DNA of 60,617 nucleotides, counting the filler, from Sphacelaria rigidula (Eukaryota), in assembly GCA_964200075.2 (NCBI GenBank). It is 9 parts of 9 records of this genome, joined end to end, with 100 filler letters (N's around TTAATTAATTAA, not from the genome) between each part and the next. Parts side by side here need not be neighbours in the genome. Positions count along the whole stretch, not along the records: positions 47,227 to 53,872 come from CAXNAA020018856.1; positions 53,973 to 60,617 come from CAXNAA020018857.1; 7 more parts are not named here. One strand, 5' to 3'. Position numbers and translations under genes: made by a program. Positions within the stretch are counted from its first letter, which is position 1. Every line of letters begins with the position of its first letter. The notes beneath the pieces were generated by a model. That model did no database searches, was not told the origin of the DNA, and was given only the letters and a program-made list of their open reading frames with translations. Shown here piece after piece: positions 53,088 through 60,617 of the stretch.

Positions 53088-53384
53088 GTGAGGTGGTGTG
53101 AGTGAGGGCGTTGGAATGCGGAATATGATGACCGTGACTTGATGCACGGGGGGCTCTAAGGGCGCGGCCACATCACAACAGTAGAGAGGCTGGTTCTTCC
53201 CATTTGAGTATCAGGGTTACCCCTTTGACTCCGAGGGTAAGTCATCTTGCTATGCACTCGTTTTTTGAGTAAATTTGATGCTGGTTAACACTTGATGTAT
53301 GCTCGCGGTCAAACGGTTGATGTCAGTTCCATTGGGTTCACAGATCTTCGAGGCCGCTTCAGAAGTAGTCTTTCCCCCGTCAAG

Positions 53385-53580
53385 GCCCCCCCCCCCCCCC
53401 CCCTCCCCCCCCCCCCCCCCCCCGCCCCCCCCCCCCCCCCCCCCCCCCCCCCTCNNNNNNNNTTGTTTGCTCGGCGGCCAAAGGTTGTGTTCAGTTTCTT
53501 TGGGTTCCCCAATTCTCCGGGCCCCCCCCAAAAGTGTCTTTCCCCCCCCACCCCCCCCCCCCCCCCCCCCCTCCTCCCCC
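53385..53580. repeat. Poly-C tracts with internal N gap (low-quality sequence)
   Basis: Long C homopolymers and 8 Ns. Confidence 0.9.
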
Positions 53581-53972
53581 CGCTGTTTTACTATACTTTC
53601 CTGCACCCCTTAGCATAGCTTCTGGGTTCTCACACCACACTCGTATTAGCCAGAGACCATCTAACGAGATGATACAAGCTCTCAACAACGTGACTTCTGA
53701 CGTTCTTATTCGACCTACAAGTATTGATACCGTCTTCCTTTGGGCTCACTTGCGTTGGGCAACAACCCACTCATGGTAAGCAGCAGGCCATGTGGTGTGC
53801 CGAACGTGAATATGATTTTGCTTGTCTCCCCCCCCCCCCCCCCCCCCCCCTCCCCCCCGTGCCCGCCACCCCNNNNNNNNNNNNNNNNNNNNNNNNNNNN
53901 NNNNNNNNNNNNNNNNTTAATTAATTAANNNNNNNNNNNNNNNNNNNNNNNNNNNNNNNNNNNNNNNNNNNN

Positions 53973-56410
53973 GTCAGGCTGTGTGATCGGAAACGATGGT
54001 TCGAATCCGTGCGCAAACACAACTGGTCCATTGTTTCTCTTTTTGCTACGACCTGGGCCAGCCTAGAAACGGATCTGAGCTCCACAAGCAATATATCATC
54101 GACACAGACGAGTTGGGCCGTGATCCGCATATCGTATGAATCGTGTAATCAAGGGGAAGGTGCCCATCTGCTCGAAACTCTGGGCCATTTATTTCCCTCG
54201 TTGATTAAACGCCATGTCTAGCGATTCCCATACCTAGCAGACATGGCGCCAATACTAGAATCTCTATGGAACTCCCGACCGATGCATTTAGCGGATGGCG
54301 ACGAATTGTGGTGCGACAAACCCCGAGAGAGTGCCGAATACAAAAAACAGGGAGGGGGGGCTTCTATTCGTATTTTTGCATAGAGGTTGAGGCGTTCTCG
54401 TGAAGAAATGGTCTATACCATAGTAGAACGCCCTGAACCAGCGAAGAAGATCGAAAAGATACAACCTGACCCACTTATGTTCGTCAGCTATGCCTTAGAG
54501 AGCGTCCACACAAACTTTCAATACACGACAACCAAACACGGGCTGGTGAGCCGCGTGCGAAATACTGTTCCGAGTTCGTACAGACCCGGTTCTGTGAAAG
54601 GTGAAGAAGCGCATGACAACCACCAGAAATACATTCATTTCCTGTCTACCATTGTTCACGTACAGTTCGTCAGGTCTACTGCGCTATCGTTATAGTTGGC
54701 GACCATCAGATAATCACGATCCATCATCCAAGATTTGGACAAATGATCAAAACAGTGAATCAACACCAACAAGAGATTTGAAGCTACGGTGTACAATCCG
54801 TTTTGTGCGAAACGCGCGAGCAATCATGTATGTTTAAATGTGACAAGTTGGACAAGCCACCATGAAGAAATGACGCGATGGCTCGGTGGTCACGCTGACG
54901 GAAACGTCAGGCTGTGTGATCGGAAACGCTGGTTCGAATCCGTGCGCAAACACAACTGGTTCATTGTTTCTCTTTTCGCTACGACCTGGGCCAGCCTAGA
55001 AACGGATCTGAGCTCTACAAGCAATATATCACCGACACAGACGAGTTGGGCCGTGATCCGCATATCGTATGAATCGTGTAATCAAGGGGAAGGTGCCCAT
55101 CTGCTCGAACCTCTGGGCCATTTATTTTTCTCGTTGATCAAACCCCATGTCTAGCGATTCCCGTACCTAGCAGACATGGCGCCAATACTAGAATCTCTGT
55201 GGAACTCCCGATCGATGCATTCAGCGGATGGCGACGAATTGTGATGTGAAAGAAAACCCGCAAGAGTGCCGAATACAGAAAACAGGGGGAGCTTCTATTC
55301 GTATTCATTGCATAGAGGTTGAGGCGTTCTCGTGAAGAAATGGTCTATACCATAGCAGAACGCCCTGAACCAGTGAAGAAGATCGAAAAAATACAACCTG
55401 ACCCACTTATGTTCGTCAATCATGCCATAGGGAGCGTCCGCACAAAATTTCAATACACGATAACCAAACACGGGCCGGTGAGCGGCGTGCGAAATACTGT
55501 TCCGAGTTCGTACAGACCCGGTTCCGTGAAGGGTGAAGAAGCGCATGACAACCGCCAGAAGTATATTCATTCCCTGTCAACCATTGTTTACGTACAGTTC
55601 GTCAGGTCTACTGCGCTATTGTTATAGTTGGCGACCGTCAAATCATCACGATCCATCAACCAAGATTTGGACAAATGATCAAAACAGTGAATCAACACCA
55701 ACAAGAGATTTGAAGCTACGGTGTACAATCCGTTTTGTGCGAAACGCGCAAGCAATCATGTATGTTAAAATGTGACAAGTTGGACAAGCCACCATGAAGA
55801 AATGACGCGATGGCTCGGTGGTCACGCTGACGGAAACGTCCGGCTGTGTGATCGGAAACGCTGGTTCGAATCCGTGCGCAAACACAACTGGTCCATTGTT
55901 TCTCTTTTTGCTACGACCTGGGCCAGCCTAGAAACGGATCTGAGCTCTACAAGCAATATATCATCGACACAGACGAGTTGGGCCGTGATCCGCATATCGT
56001 ATGAATCGTGTAATCAAGGGGAAGGTGCCCATCTGCTCAAACCTCTGGGCCTTTTTGTTTCTCGTTGATTAAACCCCATGTCTAGCAATTCCCATACCAA
56101 GCGGACATGGCGCCAATACTAGAATCTCTATGAAACTCCCGATCGATGCATTGAGCGGATGGCGACGAATTGCGGTGTGAAAAATCCTAAAAGGGTGCCG
56201 AATTAAAAAAAAAAGGGGGGCCTTCATTTGTATTTTTTTCATAGAGGTTAGGGCGTTCTCGTGAAGAAATGGTCTATACCATAGTAAAACGCCCTGAACC
56301 AGTGAAGAAGGTCGAAAAGATACAACCTGACCCACTTATTTTCGTCAATAATGCCTTCAAGAGCGTCCACACAAAATTTCAATACACGAAAACCAAACAC
56401 GGGCCGGTGA
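53973..56410. repeat. Tandem repeat, ~932-bp unit, about 2.6 copies
   Basis: Unit starts (gtcaggctgtgtgatcggaaacg) at 53973, 54906 and 55838. Reverse-complement fragments occur at ~42400-42597 and ~33095-33290. Confidence 0.97.
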
Positions 56411-57945
56411 GTGGTCGACGAAGTGGTTGCTGGCGCCGGTGTCGACTGTCATGGTGAAGCGCGAAGGAGCAGCGGCGGTGTTCAGGCTGCTGTTGGCGAC
56501 GAAGGAGTAACCCATCCTGGCAGGAGGTGAAGGGTCTGAAGGCGATGGATCTGAAGCCTGTCGAGTGGTGGCAGTTGCGGAAGTTGGAGTAGAATATCCG
56601 GCTGTGTTGTAGTGTCCCACCACAGAAGTGGACCCCGGTGTCGCTGTTGCTGTGTGTGCTGCCGCGTTGGTGTTGTTGTTGTTGTCACCGCCTTGTCCGA
56701 TGTTGTCGTTCACGCCTCCTCGTCCACTGTTGATGTTGAAGCGCCCTTGTCCGCTGTTGCTGAAGCCGCCTTGTCCGCTGTCGCTGAAGCGGGATTGTCG
56801 TTGCTGCCGTGGTCCGCTGTTGTGACGTGGTCCTCGGCCGCGTTGCCCTTGCTGCCGCTGGTCGTCAGGATCGTTGCCCCAGTGTTGTTGCGCCTTGCAG
56901 GTTGAATTGTCGTGAAAACTGGTTTTGTGCAAGGAGCACCACCAGTTACTTATTTTCCCTCCGTTGTTTCTTGTGCTCTTTTTGTTGTGTCGCTTAAAGC
57001 AGTTATTGATGTCATGACCAGGCTTTTTGCAGTAGTTGCAGTATTTTGCCGTTGTGGCGGTCATCGCCGAGGTGCGACCCTTCGCTGCACGCGAAAGCCC
57101 GTTTTCTGCGACACGGTTTGCGAACATGTTCCTCACGGTGAACATGGCGTCTTCCAGATTGAAAGTGTCTTACGATTCCGCAAGCGGTTGAATCTGGGCG
57201 TACTCATCCGTCAGCCCATCCAGGATGATGTCCAGTATCTCGTCGTCCGTAATCACTCGACCCATCTCCGCCACTTCATCTCGCAACGAAAATAGCTCGT
57301 TGCAGAAGACGTCCGGGTCTTGACCTTGCTGCATTCTCATGTTAGACAGTCTTTTTGCCATAATTCGACGCCGCTGGCGTGAAGGGTTTTTGTTTTTTTC
57401 CACCAGACAATTTCAAGCGGCGATGCCGTTTGGCGAAATGCCTGGTCTAGGCTTGTACTTTAGGAGAAAGCTTGCTGCCGGTCCTGCCGTACTCAAGAAC
57501 AGGAAGTGGAACAGGATCTTGTTGACCATGTGCCACTCCCGGGTGTCCTCGACGTTCTGGACGTTGTCATCCATCTCCCACATCACAGAAGTAGGAGTCT
57601 CGCCGCTTGTTGAAGTCGGCTTATCTGGTGCAAGCTGCTGCTGTTGCTCGGGATGCAGTGCTGAGTCTTCTGCTGCATCCTTGTCTTCATCCTCTTCTTC
57701 ATCTTCGATGCTTGAGGTTGCTTGTTTCTTGCGCTTGCCAGTTTTGCCCTTGGTCTTCTTGTAAATGATCGGAGGACATGGTCTGCCGTCCAGGATGTCT
57801 GCAATGCCCGAATGTCGCATGCTGATCACGGACTGTGCTGTGCGGGACCAGACATCGAAGTCCGTCCCGTTGAACTTTCCACCAACAGCCTTGACGAGGT
57901 TGTCCACTGCGTCCGCCGCAGCAGCATTTGTCAATGGCTCCCCTA
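56411..57945 (-). mobile_element. Ty1/copia gag-protease remnant
   Basis: One frame with two in-frame stops (57413, 57170). UBN2-like MRMQQGQDPDVFCNEL..ILDGLTDEY, knuckle CNYCKKPGHDINNC, protease VDTGASNHFVD, then truncated. Confidence 0.92.
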
Positions 57946-59136
57946 TGCTGCGGTGATCCTGTTACTCTTGTTGTTGCTGTTGCTGTTGCCGTCCGTGTAG
58001 ATGACGTGTACTCGTACAGCAGTCGTACGATGACGTTGAAAATTATCAAGAGAAACTGACAGTCCCTCAACAGAAGAAGATGATGATGCACCCAGGTGTG
58101 AGTTACCTACGGGTGTTGGCTGCGAATGCCAGTTGATAGGCTTGATGGATCCGAAGTCCTTGCCTCTTGGCTAGTGTTGCTAGAAGAACCTGCAGAACCG
58201 ATGATGTCGTAGCTGAAGACGACGTAGCTGAGTGTCGTTGCTGATGACAACGTATCTCCCTTTTCTCGAAAAAACTCTCACGCAACAAAAATGCGGAGGA
58301 ATAGCTCGGAACTTGCCGATGCGATGCGGTCGGTTGTCGATCTTGTTGATGACCGAAGATGCTCACTAGCGAGATGAGCGTGGAGAGGTAGTCTTGAGCT
58401 GACTCCGTTGAACTGCTGCAGTGATGTCTTGGCGACGTGGATGATGCCGACGCGCCTGATCTTGATGGATCTCCACAGAACTTGAATTTGATTGACGGGA
58501 ATGGACTTGAAGTTCCCGTTGGTGCGATGTCCGTCTTCTGCTTGGAAGAGCAGTGTCGATCCTCTTGAGAACGTGTTGATCGCTGGCGACGCTGTGACTC
58601 CTTGCTCTGCTTTTTGGTGAAGCTCGAGGCTCATAACCTGACGGAACATGGCTTCACTCTTGATGGTGTGCCGATGTAGCAACTTTCTTCTGCAGTTTAT
58701 GCAGAGGTGCAGAGAGTGACGGTTAAGTCATTTGACTTGAGAATAGAGATGTTGAACTTGGCGCTTATGTGGCCGAAGATTCTAACTCATGGAAGAGAAG
58801 AGTATGAGAAGAGAAGTAGTAGGGGAGTGATCAGGTGGGCGAGCACCAAGTGTGCGAGCCTACCGATCAGCTAATGAACTTCCAGAACTTCCACACGTCT
58901 AGAACACTCGCGGGATATTACAGCCGATAACTCCCGATTAATCCCCCGACAACTTGTTCTGGAAACAGAATGTACCGCAGAATATACCGCAGACTATTTC
59001 TGGAACACTCAAATGACTTCTTACTTGTATACGATAACCTACGATAGATAGTAGTCGTTACCAATGACATGGAATATTGCAACACCCCTGTGCCTAGACG
59101 AGCACCCCAGACATTTGTAGATGCGCAACCTCCCCC

Positions 59137-59757
59137 CTTTATGAGCAACAGTGACAGCTTTCTGGGCATCGGCGTGTTGTTTGGCGGCGGCCGTAGTAGT
59201 CAAAGATCTAGCCGAGGTAGAAGACAGTAGACGACCCGAACTGTCACTATCGGAAATACCGAAGAGACATCCTCTACCTCACCATCGGCACTGTCCTCGA
59301 CCGCGCCGAATACCAAGATGCTGTGCTCGCCGTATTCGCGGCATTACGTGCTATTACGACACTGCCCCGGCAGCTGACGACGACGACTGGACCACCCCCC
59401 GGTCTACTTGTCACCGGAACGACGATGACGATTTTGATGACGACAATGCTGGTGGTGGTCCCTGTCGCGGCGGCGGTGGACATTCCACGAACCGTCGCCG
59501 CCAACGAAACCAGCGCAACAACCGCCGGAGCACCCGCGGCAATAAGCACAATGGAGATCATTCCTCAAGCCCTTCGTCGAGCAGATTCCGGAATCGCCCG
59601 GAACAGGCATCGATTCCCACCTCGGCTGTTGCCAGGCAAGTTGCCCCCCACTTCGCGGATCGTCCACTGTCTTCTACTTCGGCTAGATCTTTGGCTTCTA
59701 CGGCTGCCGCCGAACAACACGCCGATGCCCAGAAAGCTGTCGCTGTTGCTCGTAAGG
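59137..59757. mobile_element. ~620-bp element with ~100-bp inverted arms
   Basis: gagcaacagtgacagctttctgggcatcggcgtgttgtt...aaagatctagccg pairs with cggctagatcttt...aacaacacgccgatgcccagaaagctgtcgctgttgctc. Confidence 0.85.
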
Positions 59758-60089
59758 AGCGATCTCGCGCAGCAACCATCACATGTGTATATTTGCAGAT
59801 GGATGTCCAGAAACTTTGGCATATCAAAATCATGCCTGCTGCCGATCATGAAGACTCCAGCCAATAAGAGCCTGGATTCGTTTGTGAGGTTCACCATTTG
59901 GGTGAGGTTCAACGGACCATCGAGATTTCATTTGCTTTGTCCAAAAGGCTCGGGATTCGCAACCGGTTTCGACCGTGTGCCCCCAGTCCAGAAGTTTCTG
60001 CACGGCAGGGCAAGCATGATGATGAGCAGTCCAACAGAAAAAACCGCCGTCACTCATTATGCGTCATCTTTTTTTAGCAGGACCTGCGT

Positions 60090-60605
60090 CTAAGCGCTAC
60101 GGAACACGTAACAAAGCATGCTGAAAACATACTTCTTTGGACTAGTCATCGAGTTTTCGAGCGCCTCTTGTTGAGTATCTGAGAGAGACTCCATACTGTT
60201 GCACCGGCGACGACCACCGTCAGCGAAACGATCCAATGCAGCGGCAGACGCCAACGATCTTTGAAACGCAGCATCATTGAGCAATCTGCTGAGATATGCC
60301 ATCACTAGAGTACAGCATCATTACGGTACGGTGGTCAGTTGGGTCAAATGGATGCCCCACAATAAAGCTGCAGACACACACAACAGGGGTAAGGGTTAGT
60401 CCCACGCCGACTGAGGTTGTTTCACCACTAGTGCCCATGCGAGGCGCTTCTTCCAGTCTGAACCAGCTATCACGCCTTGCATGGCCACCTCCGCCGTTGC
60501 TGTGTTGAGAACCGGTGTCGCGGTGAGGCTGTCGAACAATATTGCTGTGGTGCAACGCGCTTGCAAAATCCGGGCCGTTTCTTTAAATTTAGAACCCGCA
60601 TCCAC
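60090..60605 (-). CDS. Possible exons of an unknown protein
   Basis: Two short ORFs with protein-like composition (ARILQARCTTAILFDSL..; AYLSRLLNDAAFQRSL..) and no recognised motif. Confidence 0.3.
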
Positions 60606-60617
60606 TGTAGTTTGAAT

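Noticed and set aside
53250..53928. Poly-P/poly-G ORFs (formin/extensin-like)
   Set aside because: They derive from C homopolymers next to N gaps.
54009..56068. Repeated 70-120-aa ORFs as a gene cluster
   Set aside because: They are by-products of the 932-bp tandem repeat, frames are not preserved among copies, and no domain was recognised.
58000..59060. 5' LTR and primer-binding site of the second copia
   Set aside because: GTTATCG-like motifs near 58925 and 59035 (minus strand) are suggestive, but there is no second LTR or clear TG..CA boundary to confirm.

Overview
Eukaryotic, intron-rich, repeat-rich DNA. A stramenopile/brown-algal origin is inferred from style only. The window is not one locus: it is nine contigs of 6647-6645 bp, sorted by length and joined by artificial N44-TTAATTAATTAA-N44 linkers, so nothing can be inferred across the joins. 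Recognisable genes are a spliced MAT1 (CAK assembly factor, 7 exons reconstructed, RING with His at the fifth ligand position) head-to-head with a CobW/COG0523 GTPase exon, a highly divergent 14-3-3-like multi-exon gene with EF-hand-like C-terminal segments, and the last exon of a TKL-type kinase. There are also several unassigned exons, including a paralogous 66-nt exon pair on two contigs. Mobile DNA comprises two decayed Ty1/copia elements, two tRNA-derived SINE families, hAT remnants, many MITE/foldback elements (including a TTAA-CCCT piggyBac-like MITE chain and a GAG..CTC MITE with a 4-bp TSD), a ~932-bp tandem repeat and micro/minisatellites. No CRISPR array, rRNA or intact tRNA was found. 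All family assignments come from remembered motifs, not database searches.
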